Positions 31,191-40,339 of a DNA stretch of 64,000 nt are shown piece after piece. The stretch is from Candidatus Eiseniibacteriota bacterium (lineage in GTDB: Bacteria; Eisenbacteria; RBG-16-71-46; JABDJR01). How positions within the stretch are numbered: position 1 is the first letter of the stretch; each line of letters begins with the position of its first letter. The translations under genes were made by a program, and so were the position numbers. Under the pieces are notes generated by a model, which saw only the letters and a program-made list of their open reading frames with translations, was not told the origin of the DNA and made no database searches. The stretch lies in NCBI GenBank assembly GCA_963762255.1, contig CAVXKA010000002.1, forward strand, positions 608,001 through 672,000, read 5' to 3'.

Positions 31191-31288
31191 TGGATGTTGC
31201 TCCGTAATCGAGGTGGTTCGCGGATTCCCGATAGGGTCCGTTCTCCTCAAGTGCTGACGACATAGGTACTTGAAGACGCGGGTGCGGA

Positions 31289-31304
31289 CGGCACGGCCCT
31301 TGCT
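31289..31304 (+). promoter_or_regulatory. sigma54 promoter for the small-protein arm
   Basis: CGGCAC-GGCCC-TTGCT. Confidence 0.8.
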
Positions 31305-31316
31305 CTTATCGTATGC

Positions 31317-31457
31317 ATGAGTACCCACCCAGGAACCCATGTCATCAGGTTCGGGGACAGGCTCGTCTGGCGGATCGCCGGCTTGATTGTCGCCGTTACC
31401 TTGATTGTCATCGCATCGGGCTTCATCGGTGGGATTGCCGGTCATTGGGTGAAGTAG
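31317..31457 (+). CDS. Putative 46-aa single-TM small protein (not in ORF track)
   Basis: Translated by hand: MSTHPGTHVIRFGDRLVWRIAGLIVAVTLIVIASGFIGGIAGHWVK. ATG lies about at the predicted sigma54 start site. Confidence 0.5.
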   Translation: MSTHPGTHVIRFGDRLVWRIAGLIVAVTLIVIASGFIGGIAGHWVK

Positions 31458-31529
31458 TGGGTGAGACCACTCGAAACAACCCCGGGGCCGAGTTCTGAGA
31501 GTACGCCGCATGTCTCTGAGGAAACGATC

Positions 31530-31703
31530 ATGGGAATGACCCTGCAGAGGATGAAAGCGCAGCTCAAACAGTGGCGCAAGAAGATCGAGGGATCTTCGGC
31601 AAGAGCCAGGCAGTCCGGTCCTCGCGCAACGCTTGAAAATCGCCGGCGCATCGATGGGCTATACGCGAGGTGCGCAACGAGGCATCACGGCCCGTCACGT
31701 TGA
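31530..31703 (+). pseudogene. Truncated paralog of the 25183-25452 coiled-coil protein
   Basis: MGMTLQRMKAQLKQWRKKIE aligns to MEPAMEKMDAQLKHWSLRID; ends after 57 aa without the AWxxL C-terminal helix. Confidence 0.5.
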
Positions 31704-31760
31704 GGACCGCGTTCCCGACATGGGCTGTCAGTAGATCTCGAATCAATAGGAGGTAGCGTC

Positions 31761-31907
31761 ATGCTCTGGACAATCGCAGTCGTTCTCGTCGTCCTGTGGG
31801 CTCTGGGTTTGCTAGGTCACGTCGGGGGTGGCCTCATTCACATCCTGCTCGTGATAGCCATCATCGCCGTGTTGATCCGGATCATACAGGGCAGAAGAGT
31901 GCTCTAG
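31761..31907 (+). CDS. lmo0937-family small membrane protein (48 aa, not in ORF track)
   Basis: Translated by hand: MLWTIAVVLVVLWALGLLGHVGGGLIHILLVIAIIAVLIRIIQGRRVL; strong AGGAGG RBS. Confidence 0.88.
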   Translation: MLWTIAVVLVVLWALGLLGHVGGGLIHILLVIAIIAVLIRIIQGRRVL

Positions 31908-31944
31908 CCTGGACTCACCCGACGGGTTCTGAAGGGAGAAGGGG

Positions 31945-32115
31945 ATGTCCTTCCCACTCTACATAATCGGATTTCTTGTCTTCACCGGTGGCGTGGCCTG
32001 GGCCCTGATTACGGCAAAGGTGCCCACCCTCTACGTCATCATCGCCTGCATCATCCTGCTCGGCATTGGGATCATGACCGGCGTGAGTAAGACCCGGACC
32101 AAAGACCACTCCTAG
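31945..32115 (+). CDS. Small two-TM membrane protein (56 aa, not in ORF track)
   Basis: Translated by hand: MSFPLYIIGFLVFTGGVAWALITAKVPTLYVIIACIILLGIGIMTGVSKTRTKDHS; GGAG RBS. Confidence 0.8.
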   Translation: MSFPLYIIGFLVFTGGVAWALITAKVPTLYVIIACIILLGIGIMTGVSKTRTKDHS

Positions 32116-32190
32116 CAGATTCCCAGGTAGAGATCCGGGTTCTCGCGACGATCTGGTACGATGAGACATGCAACACCCCGAGGTGAATTC

Positions 32191-32826
32191 ATGAATCGAG
32201 CTCTTCGTGCCGTCACGCTTCTTTGTGCCTGCGCGATCCTCTCCGGCGCTGCCATGGCCTGCGGCGTCCAGGAGCCATCCCAAGAGGCCGCCAGGCAGCC
32301 TGCCTCCCCCACCCACACGGCGTCCTCGGACACGGCGGGGGCCCCGGCGACCAGCTTCTACGACTTGCGTACGCGCACTCTGGAAGGGGAACCCGCCGAT
32401 CTTGGGGCCTATCGAGGCCGGGTGGTGCTGGCTGTCAACGTCGCCAGCAAGTGCGGCCTGACCCCGCAGTACGAGAGCCTTGAGGCGCTGCATCGGGAGC
32501 TCGCCCCCCGCGGCTTCAGCGTGCTTGGCTTTCCCAGCAATGACTTCCTGAATCAGGAACCCGGCAGCCCCGAGGAGATCCGCGAGTTCTGCTCCACCCG
32601 CTTCGACGTGACCTTTCCCCTGTTCGAGAAGATGAAGGTCAAGGGGGACGACAAGTCGGAGGTCTACCGCTTCCTGACCGCGCGGCACCCCGAGCCGGAC
32701 TGGAATTTCACCAAGTACCTGATCGATGGCGAGGGGCACGTGGTTCAGCGCTTTTCGCCCCGTACCACGGTGGAGGACGCCGAGGTGCGCCGGCAGATTC
32801 TGGCGCTCTTGGACCAGACCAAGTGA
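32191..32826 (+). CDS. Glutathione peroxidase family protein (Cys-type, probably exported/lipoprotein)
   Basis: VNVASKCGLTPQY, LGFPSNDFLNQEPG and WNFTKYL motifs; hydrophobic N-terminus ending AMAC; GAGGT RBS. Confidence 0.9.
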   Translation: MNRALRAVTLLCACAILSGAAMACGVQEPSQEAARQPASPTHTASSDTAGAPATSFYDLRTRTLEGEPADLGAYRGRVVLAVNVASKCGLTPQYESLEALHRELAPRGFSVLGFPSNDFLNQEPGSPEEIREFCSTRFDVTFPLFEKMKVKGDDKSEVYRFLTARHPEPDWNFTKYLIDGEGHVVQRFSPRTTVEDAEVRRQILALLDQTK

Positions 32827-33662
32827 TGCGAGGCCGCGTGTGGCGCCTTCTGGTCGCCACCGCCGCGCTTGGATTCCACAGCGCGGTCGGAGCGGCCGCA
32901 CCTCCTGACGCGGCACGCGGCGAACTCGTCGCCGCCACGCTCAACATCTGGCATGACCAGCAGGACTGGCCGGCGCGGATGGCGGTGATCCTCGACAGTC
33001 TGCGGGCATTGGACCCCGACGTGGTCTTCCTCCAGGAAGTCCTCGAAAAGGAGGGCCTGCCCAATCAGGCGGAGAGCCTGGCTGAGAGCCTCGGCTACAG
33101 GTTCGTTTTCGCCTCCGTCGATCCCCTCGGGGCCCCCAAGCGATACGGCAACGCGATCCTCACCCGACACCACATCGTCGGAACGCACGAGATCAAGCTG
33201 GAGCCGCTCGACGACTACAGGGTGGCCGCCCACGCCCGGCTGGATGTGGAAGGCCGGTTTGTGGATGCCTACGTGACCCATCTCCACCACACGCTTGAGG
33301 GAACCGCCATCCGGGCCAAGCAGGTCCGGAGCCTCCTCGCCTTCATGGACACCACGCGTGCTCCAGGAGCGTTGCTCCTCGGCGGTGACTTCAATGCCGC
33401 CCCGGACGCGCCGGAGTTGCAGCCCATCCTGGAGCGCTTCACGGACACCTACGCTCTCCTCCATCCGATCGCGACGGAGTCCCCCATCACCACGCTCAAC
33501 ATCGCCATGGGACATTCGCCTCGCCGGATCGATTACATCTTCGCCGGGCCGGATGTGCTGAGGGCGGTTGCCTCCGAGGTCTTTCTCGATGCGCCTGCGG
33601 CCGGGGAGGTCTGGGCGTCGGACCATTTCGGCGTCTGGACGCGCTTTGTGTGGGGCGATTAG
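32823..33662 (+). CDS. Exported endonuclease/exonuclease/phosphatase family protein
   Basis: TLNIW, LQEV, GNAILTR, THL, GGDFN, RIDYIF and SDH motifs; signal peptide. Confidence 0.88.
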   Translation: MMRGRVWRLLVATAALGFHSAVGAAAPPDAARGELVAATLNIWHDQQDWPARMAVILDSLRALDPDVVFLQEVLEKEGLPNQAESLAESLGYRFVFASVDPLGAPKRYGNAILTRHHIVGTHEIKLEPLDDYRVAAHARLDVEGRFVDAYVTHLHHTLEGTAIRAKQVRSLLAFMDTTRAPGALLLGGDFNAAPDAPELQPILERFTDTYALLHPIATESPITTLNIAMGHSPRRIDYIFAGPDVLRAVASEVFLDAPAAGEVWASDHFGVWTRFVWGD

Positions 33663-33751
33663 CCCCCATCCCCTCGCTACCTGTTCCATCTCACCCGAAG
33701 TACTTGTAGAATATGATCTTCACGAATCCCAGCTTGCGAGAGGAACCCAGT

Positions 33752-34585
33752 ATGATCGAGCAGTTCCACCGGCCCAAGACGGTTCGAGAGGCGCTCGCCC
33801 TGAAGGCGCGCTACCGGAACCGGGCCGCGTTTCTGGCCGGCGGCACCTACGTCAACTCCAACGAATCCGCCGATCCACCGGCGCACTGCATCAGCTTGGC
33901 GGCTCTCCCTCTCGGCCGCATCAAGGTCGAACCGGCCCGGTACACGATCGGGGCCCTCTGCACGCTCCAGCAGATCGCGGATGATCACAAGCTTCCCGAG
34001 GCGCTCAAGGACGCGGCGCGCCAGGTTGTCAGCCGCAACGTGCGCAACATGGCGACGATTGGCGGGCACGTCGCGCTCAACCCTTCCTACAGCGACCTAT
34101 TGCCACTGTTGGTGGCACTCGATGCGAAGGTCGGGGTTGCCGCCCGAGGCGCGACCAAGCTTGTGCCGATCGCGGACTTCGTCGCCAGGCCGACCCCGGG
34201 GCTCATCACAGGCATCGTCGTGCCGAAGCCGGCGCCTCGGCGGGTGTTCGCATGCCGGAACTTCCGAGTGTCCGCCAACGCGCGTTCTTTGGTCACGGCG
34301 GCGGTATCGATGTCGATTTCGGCGAAAGGCGTGATCGACCCGATCATCGCGGTGGGCGGTGTGTCGCCGCATGTCATCCGGCTGTCCGCGGTCGAGAAGG
34401 CGTTGGACGGCTGCCCGCTCCCGACATGCGCGGAGATCCAGGCACTCGTGAGCCGCTCGATTCATGTGCCGAGAGCAGGGAGGGCCGCGTCCGGCGGCAG
34501 CGCCGATCTCATCAGGCACGAGGCCGGTGCCGTGGTCGCTCTCGCTCTTGAAACGGCGGGCCGTGGCAAGCGAGGTGGCCGATGA
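33752..34585 (+). CDS. ygfM: Molybdenum hydroxylase FAD-binding subunit (YgfM-like)
   Basis: MIEQFHRP..EAL, LAGGT, IGALCTLQ and RNMATIGG motifs. Confidence 0.75.
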   Translation: MIEQFHRPKTVREALALKARYRNRAAFLAGGTYVNSNESADPPAHCISLAALPLGRIKVEPARYTIGALCTLQQIADDHKLPEALKDAARQVVSRNVRNMATIGGHVALNPSYSDLLPLLVALDAKVGVAARGATKLVPIADFVARPTPGLITGIVVPKPAPRRVFACRNFRVSANARSLVTAAVSMSISAKGVIDPIIAVGGVSPHVIRLSAVEKALDGCPLPTCAEIQALVSRSIHVPRAGRAASGGSADLIRHEAGAVVALALETAGRGKRGGR

Positions 34586-37461
34586 GGATCCAGGTCACCA
34601 TCAACGGAGCGCGCCGCGAACTGGAGGTCCAGCCGGGTGAGCGCGTGCACGACCTGCTGCGCCGCGAGAACGTTCTCTCCGTTCGTAACGGCTGCGATGG
34701 GCAAGGAAGCTGCGGCGCCTGCACGATCCTCCTCGACGGGCGCTCGGTCAACTCATGCCAGTTGCTGGCTCCGCAGGTGGACGGCAAGGTGATCGTGACC
34801 GCCGAGCACATGGCCAAGCACCGCGAGCTGTCCCCCATCCAGACCGCGTTCATCGACGCCGGCGTCGTGCAGTGCGGCTACTGCACACCGGCGATGCTGC
34901 TCGTCACCAAGGATCTGCTGGCGCGGCACCCCAACCCGACTCGCGAGCAGATGCGGGATGCATTCTCGGCGGTGTTCTGCCGGTGTACCGGCTACGAGCA
35001 GTTCTTCTCCGCCGTCGAGCTGGCCGCCCAGCGTCTCAAGGACCCGGCCCACGCCGCCGATCGCGGCCCCGAGTTCCGCGAAGATCTGCGGCTGGTTGGC
35101 AAGTCGGGCAAGAAGGTGGACGCTCCGCGACTGGTGCGGGGCGAGAAGGCGTTCGTCGAGGACATGATCTCGGCCGACACCTGCCATCTCAAGGTGATGG
35201 GATCTCCGCACGCGCACGCGTACATCAAGCGCATTGACGTGCGCCGCGCCGAGGCGCTCCCCGGCGTCGTGCTCGTCATCACGCATGAGAACTGCCCGGA
35301 CGTCTACTACAACCAGGCCGGGCAGGGTTTCCCCGAACCGTCCCCGTACGACCGGAAGATGTTCGGCAGGAAGGTGCGCCACGTTGGAGACCGCGTGGCG
35401 GCGGTCGTGGCCGAGACGCCGGAGATCGCCGAGGAGGCGCTGCGGCGTATCAAGGTCGAGTATGAGGTGCTCAAGCCCGTGCTCTCGATCGACGAAGCCG
35501 CCGCGCCGGGCGCGCCGCTCATACACAACAGCGTGCTCGAGTACGTGACGGGCGAGCCGGCCGGTCTCGACAACAGCAAGGCCGACCCGCGCGACGGGCG
35601 AATCATCTACCAGTTCCCGATTCACGCCGACCCCCGCCACAACATCGCGGCCAGCGTATCGGGCGGGATCGGGGACGTCGCCCGCGGGTTGTCCGAGGCC
35701 GAGGTCGTGCTGGAGCGCGAGTATGAGACCTCGCAGGTCCAGTGCACTCCCCTCGAACCGCACGTCGTCTACACGCGGATGGACGGCGACCGACTCGTGA
35801 TCCACGCTTCGACACAGGTCCCGTGGCACCTCCGTCGAATCGTCTCGCGGATCCTCAAGATCAGCGAGAATCAGGTCCGCGTGATCAAGGAACGCGTGGG
35901 CGGCGGTTTCGGCGCGAAGCAGGACATCGTCCTGGAGGAGCTGGCGGCCTACGCAACCTGGGTGACCGGACGGTCCGTCCTCTACCGCCTCACGCGCGAA
36001 GAGGAGTTCATCGCCTCGCGCACCCGCCACCCGATGAAGATCAAGGTCACTCTGGGCGCCAAGCGGGACGGCAAGCTGACCGCGATCGAGATGGAGGTCC
36101 GGGCCAACACCGGTCCTTACGGGGCGCACGCCCTGACCGTGCCGATGAACGCGTGCTCGAAGAGCCTGCCGCTTCTCCTCTGCGAGAACGTGCACTTCAA
36201 CGTGACGACCTACTACTCGAACATCCCGCCGTGCGGGGCTTACCAGGGCTACGGCGCGCCGCAGGGATCGTACGCGCTGCAACTGGCCTGCGCGGAGCTG
36301 GCCTCCGAGCTGGGCATGGATCACCTGGCGTTCATCGAGAAGAACCGCGTGCGCGAGGGGATGACCCTCGAGATCCTGCGTTGCCTGGGCGAGGGTCGCG
36401 AGGGCACCCCGCAGGCAGTCTCGAGCTGCGGCCTCGGGCCGGCGATCGAGCAGGGATCGGCGATGATCGAGTGGGGCAAGAAGGTGGAGACCACCGATCC
36501 GCACGTGCGAATCGGTAAGGGGCTGGCGATCATTCAACAGGCCTCGGGGCTCCCCGGAATCGACTCCGCCAACGCCACGGTGAACCTGCTCGGCGACGGC
36601 ACCTTCATGCTGCTGAGCGGCGGCACGGACCTGGGCACCGGGCTGGACACGCTCATCGTCAAACTGGTGGCCGAGTGCCTTTGCACCGGAATGCAGGACG
36701 TCTCGCTGATCGTAGCCGACACCGACGTGACGCCTTACGACGATGGCGCCTATGCCTCGAGCGGCACGTTCTTCTCCGGCAACGCGGCTCTCAACGCCGC
36801 TCAAGGGATGAAGCAGCGGATCCTGGAGACGGCGGCCAAGATGCTGGGCGAACCGGAAGAGGATCTGTCGCTCGTCTTCCCGTCCACGGTTCAGGGGCGC
36901 AAGGGTTCGGTGACCTACGCCGAGGTGTCGCGCTTCACGGTGTCGGGCACCGGCAGCGGCCAACTCACGAGTTCCGCGTGCTTCACAACGGACAAGGCCG
37001 CGTTCCCCTACGGAGCGCACTTCTGCCAGGTCGCGGTTCACATGCTCACCGGCGAGATCACGGTCCAGAAGTACTACGCGCTCCAGGACTGCGGAACGCC
37101 CATCAACCCCAAGCTGGCGCTTGGACAGATGTACGGCGGCGTGCTCAAGACGATCGGCCATTCCCTCTTCGAGGAGATGATCCTGGATGCGAAGGGGCGC
37201 TGCCTCAACGCGAACCTGCGCGACTACAACGTGCCGATGATCAATGACGTACCGGAGGACTTCCAGGTGGTGCTGATCGAGACCACCGATCCCTTCGGCC
37301 CGTTCGGCGGGAAGTCGGTGTCGGAGATCACCTGTAACGGCGCGGCGCCCTCGATCGCGGCGGCCATCCACGACGCCACCGGGGTATGGATACGGAGTTG
37401 GCCGTTCAGCGCGGAAAAGATCCTGGACGGATTGAGGCGCATGCGGGAGTCCTCCCGGTGA
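34582..37461 (+). CDS. xdhD: Xanthine dehydrogenase-family Mo-binding subunit with fused 2x[2Fe-2S] domain (XdhD-like)
   Basis: GCDGQGSCGAC, QCGYCTP and CRCTGY Fe-S motifs; SPHAHA, GGGFGAKQ, GAYQGYGAPQ, GAYASSGT and GPFGGKSVSE. Confidence 0.88.
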   Translation: MRIQVTINGARRELEVQPGERVHDLLRRENVLSVRNGCDGQGSCGACTILLDGRSVNSCQLLAPQVDGKVIVTAEHMAKHRELSPIQTAFIDAGVVQCGYCTPAMLLVTKDLLARHPNPTREQMRDAFSAVFCRCTGYEQFFSAVELAAQRLKDPAHAADRGPEFREDLRLVGKSGKKVDAPRLVRGEKAFVEDMISADTCHLKVMGSPHAHAYIKRIDVRRAEALPGVVLVITHENCPDVYYNQAGQGFPEPSPYDRKMFGRKVRHVGDRVAAVVAETPEIAEEALRRIKVEYEVLKPVLSIDEAAAPGAPLIHNSVLEYVTGEPAGLDNSKADPRDGRIIYQFPIHADPRHNIAASVSGGIGDVARGLSEAEVVLEREYETSQVQCTPLEPHVVYTRMDGDRLVIHASTQVPWHLRRIVSRILKISENQVRVIKERVGGGFGAKQDIVLEELAAYATWVTGRSVLYRLTREEEFIASRTRHPMKIKVTLGAKRDGKLTAIEMEVRANTGPYGAHALTVPMNACSKSLPLLLCENVHFNVTTYYSNIPPCGAYQGYGAPQGSYALQLACAELASELGMDHLAFIEKNRVREGMTLEILRCLGEGREGTPQAVSSCGLGPAIEQGSAMIEWGKKVETTDPHVRIGKGLAIIQQASGLPGIDSANATVNLLGDGTFMLLSGGTDLGTGLDTLIVKLVAECLCTGMQDVSLIVADTDVTPYDDGAYASSGTFFSGNAALNAAQGMKQRILETAAKMLGEPEEDLSLVFPSTVQGRKGSVTYAEVSRFTVSGTGSGQLTSSACFTTDKAAFPYGAHFCQVAVHMLTGEITVQKYYALQDCGTPINPKLALGQMYGGVLKTIGHSLFEEMILDAKGRCLNANLRDYNVPMINDVPEDFQVVLIETTDPFGPFGGKSVSEITCNGAAPSIAAAIHDATGVWIRSWPFSAEKILDGLRRMRESSR

Positions 37462-38939
37462 TGAGTCCCCCGCGATTCGTCCTCTGCCGCGCGGATTTCC
37501 TGTTGCCGCTGGCGGCGCCGGATCGCACCGAGCGCATCGCCGACGGCTACGTCTTGAGCGAAGGCGAGACGCTGCGCGAGGTCGGCCGCTACACGCCCGA
37601 AATCGGTCGTCGCATCCGCGCGGCGTGCGGATCTGAACTGCTCATCCTGGGCGACGCCGCACCGGGCGACGACGTGCCGAGGATCAACGGCGTCCTCATG
37701 CCGTCGTTCGTCAAGGCGCACGGGCACGATCACGAACAACCGCTCATCGGCATCGCCAAGGACGAGCCGCTGACCGACTGGCTCGACCACGCGGTCAATC
37801 CCTTCACCGCGTTCATGAACACCCAGCACGAGCGCCTGTGCCGCGAGTTGGGCGACTCGCCGCACCTCATCACCTACCGGCTGGCGCGGCTCTGCGACAT
37901 CCACTACGGCATCACGACGAGCCTGGTCCACCACTGCAACTTCAACAAGCACCATGTCCGCGAGGTCGCGCAGGCCAACGAAGCCGCCGGCACGACCATG
38001 ATCGTGGGGATCGGGAGCCAGGACCGCAACTACGTGGCCGAAGCGCTGGATCGGCCGGCGGAGGCGATCGAGCGCCTCGACGCCGCGCTCACGATCCCCG
38101 GTCTGACGCGCACCACCTTCTGCCCCGGGCCGGATCAGTTCTTCTCCAACGGTCGCGAGATGCTCGTTCCGCTCAAGGCGTGGGCGCGCGCTCACGGGAC
38201 GCTCTTTCATATTCACAGCGCGGAGGAGCCGCTTACGACGCGCTGGTTCAGCGCGGAGGTCGAGCCGGGGCTGACCGAGGTCGAGTTCGCCGAATCGCTC
38301 GGGATCCTCGACGCCGATACGATGCTCGCGCACCAGGTGAACTGCGGGCCGCGAGACATCGAGATCCTGGCACGCACCGGCACCAGGATCGTGCACAACC
38401 CGCTGGCGAACACGATCCTCGGCTCGGGCATGCCACCGGTGATCGAAATGATGGCCGCCGGGGTCCTGGTGGCGATTTCGACGGACGGTTCAGGATCCGC
38501 GGACAACCAGAACATCCTCGCCGCCGCGCGACTCGCCGCGCAGTATCAGAAGGCGCTCCACCAGGACGCTACGCTCCTCAAGTCCCAGCAGCTCCTGGAG
38601 ATGATCACGAGTGTCCCCGCGAAGATACTGAGGCAGAATCAGGGCGAACTCGCTCCAGGCCGTCAGGCGGACTGGATCGTGATCGGGCTCGATCGTCCCA
38701 ACCTCACCCCCACCCGTCTCGACAACGTCGTCGAGAATCTGATCTGGGCGGCCGACGGGAGCGAGGTGGACACGGTTGTGGCGCGCGGGCGGGTACTCAA
38801 GAGGGACGGTCGGATTCAGTCGTTTGCCGACGGGTCCGATCCCACCGGGATCCGTTCAGCGGCGCAGCGGCTTTCCGAACTCTACGCCGAGCACCGGCGC
38901 ACCTCCCCGGAGCTGAGAGGCACGGGAGCCCACCGCTAG
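37461..38939 (+). CDS. Metal-dependent amidohydrolase (SsnA/guanine/MTA deaminase-like)
   Basis: KAHGHDH (HxH), HIHSAE, LAHQV, HNPLAN, STDG and GRQAD motifs. Confidence 0.85.
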   Translation: MSPPRFVLCRADFLLPLAAPDRTERIADGYVLSEGETLREVGRYTPEIGRRIRAACGSELLILGDAAPGDDVPRINGVLMPSFVKAHGHDHEQPLIGIAKDEPLTDWLDHAVNPFTAFMNTQHERLCRELGDSPHLITYRLARLCDIHYGITTSLVHHCNFNKHHVREVAQANEAAGTTMIVGIGSQDRNYVAEALDRPAEAIERLDAALTIPGLTRTTFCPGPDQFFSNGREMLVPLKAWARAHGTLFHIHSAEEPLTTRWFSAEVEPGLTEVEFAESLGILDADTMLAHQVNCGPRDIEILARTGTRIVHNPLANTILGSGMPPVIEMMAAGVLVAISTDGSGSADNQNILAAARLAAQYQKALHQDATLLKSQQLLEMITSVPAKILRQNQGELAPGRQADWIVIGLDRPNLTPTRLDNVVENLIWAADGSEVDTVVARGRVLKRDGRIQSFADGSDPTGIRSAAQRLSELYAEHRRTSPELRGTGAHR

Positions 38940-38943
38940 TCGG

Positions 38944-39516
38944 ATGAGCGTTACTGCAATCCTCCTGGCCGCCGGTTCCGCTCGTCGGTTCGGGAGCGAG
39001 AAGCTGCTTGCGCCCTATCGCGGACGACCGCTCTACGAGCATGCGCTCGAGGCGCTCAAGTCCTCGCCTGGCGTGGGCGAGATTCTGGTGGTCGTTCAGC
39101 TGGAGTTTCCGCTGCCACCCGAGCAGCCGCGCGTGAGATTCATCACCAACCCGGACCACAAAGAAGGCATGGCGTCTTCGCTGCGTACCGGCGTGCGGGC
39201 GGCGTCGGCGGGTACGGCGGCGTATCTCATCGCGCTGGCGGACATGCCGGGGGTCAGCGCGAATCTCATCGCCGCGCTCTTCGAGTTCCGTCGCGCGACC
39301 GGCGCACGGATTGTTGTACCGCGATACGAGGGCCGCCGAGGCCATCCGGTGCTCATAGACGCCGACTTGCGCGATGCGCTGCTCGCGCTTTCCGGCGATG
39401 TCGGCGCGCGTGAGATCATCGCCGCCCACCCGGAATGGGTCGGCAACTTCGAGACAAGCGACGCAGGCGTCGTCTTCGATGTGGATGATCCCAATGACCT
39501 CGCGTCCGATGGCTGA
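38944..39516 (+). CDS. mocA: Molybdenum cofactor cytidylyltransferase (MocA/YgfJ)
   Basis: ILLAAGSARRFG..KLL, GMASSL, LADMP, GHPV, GDVGAR and DVDDP motifs; Mo-hydroxylase context. Confidence 0.85.
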   Translation: MSVTAILLAAGSARRFGSEKLLAPYRGRPLYEHALEALKSSPGVGEILVVVQLEFPLPPEQPRVRFITNPDHKEGMASSLRTGVRAASAGTAAYLIALADMPGVSANLIAALFEFRRATGARIVVPRYEGRRGHPVLIDADLRDALLALSGDVGAREIIAAHPEWVGNFETSDAGVVFDVDDPNDLASDG

Positions 39517-40339
39517 GGGGGGTACCGTGCGGGAACGGATCGTGATCAAGGGAGCGGGAGAGCAGGCGTCTGCCACCGCCCACCGACTCTTCCGGTGCGG
39601 ATACCGGGTTGTGATGACGGACCTAGATCAACCGACCGCGGTCCGCCGCACCGTGTCGTTCTGCTCCGCCATCTACGAAGGCGAGATCGAGATCGAAGGG
39701 GTGCGCGGGGTGCGGCATCGTCTCGAAGACATCAACGCACTGTCGGACGCGGCATGGACTCACATCCCGGTGTTCGTCGATCCGGAGAGCACGCTCGTGC
39801 GGCGATGGCGACCCGAGGTGATCGTGGACGCGAGGCTCCTCAAACGGAACTTAGACAACCACCGTGATGACGCGCCCCTCGTGATCGGCCTCGGGCCCGG
39901 GTTGGAAGCGGGGCGGGATGTGCACTTCGCGGTCGAGACGATGCGGGGGCATGATCTGGGCCGAATCATCGCGAGCGGGTTCACTTCGAACGACACGGGC
40001 GAGCCCGGCGAGATCGGCGGGTATGGCCGCGAGCGCGTGCTGCGGGCTCCGGTTCAGGGGCTTTTCGCGAGCCCGCACGTGATCGGAGACCACATCGCGG
40101 CCGGGGAGGTCGCAGGAACCGTCGCCGGCGCGGAAGTTCGCGCCGAGATCCCAGGTGTGATCCGCGGCCTCCTCCGGCCCGGACTCAAAGTGGAAGCGGG
40201 CACGAAGCTGGCCGATGTTGATCCGCGCGATGATCCCACCCTCTGCTACAGGATCTCCGACAAGGCACGCGCCACCAGCGGCAGCGTTCTCGAAATCGTG
40301 GTGGCTCATGCCGGCCGGAAATCGCACTCCGATTCTTGA
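39509..40339 (+). CDS. yqeB: Selenium-dependent molybdenum cofactor biosynthesis protein YqeB
   Basis: IKGAGEQASATAHRL, PTAVRRTVSF, IGLGPG, ETMRGHDLGR, NDTGEPG, ERVLRAP, DVDPR and ISDKARA motifs. Confidence 0.88.
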   Translation: MAEGGTVRERIVIKGAGEQASATAHRLFRCGYRVVMTDLDQPTAVRRTVSFCSAIYEGEIEIEGVRGVRHRLEDINALSDAAWTHIPVFVDPESTLVRRWRPEVIVDARLLKRNLDNHRDDAPLVIGLGPGLEAGRDVHFAVETMRGHDLGRIIASGFTSNDTGEPGEIGGYGRERVLRAPVQGLFASPHVIGDHIAAGEVAGTVAGAEVRAEIPGVIRGLLRPGLKVEAGTKLADVDPRDDPTLCYRISDKARATSGSVLEIVVAHAGRKSHSDS

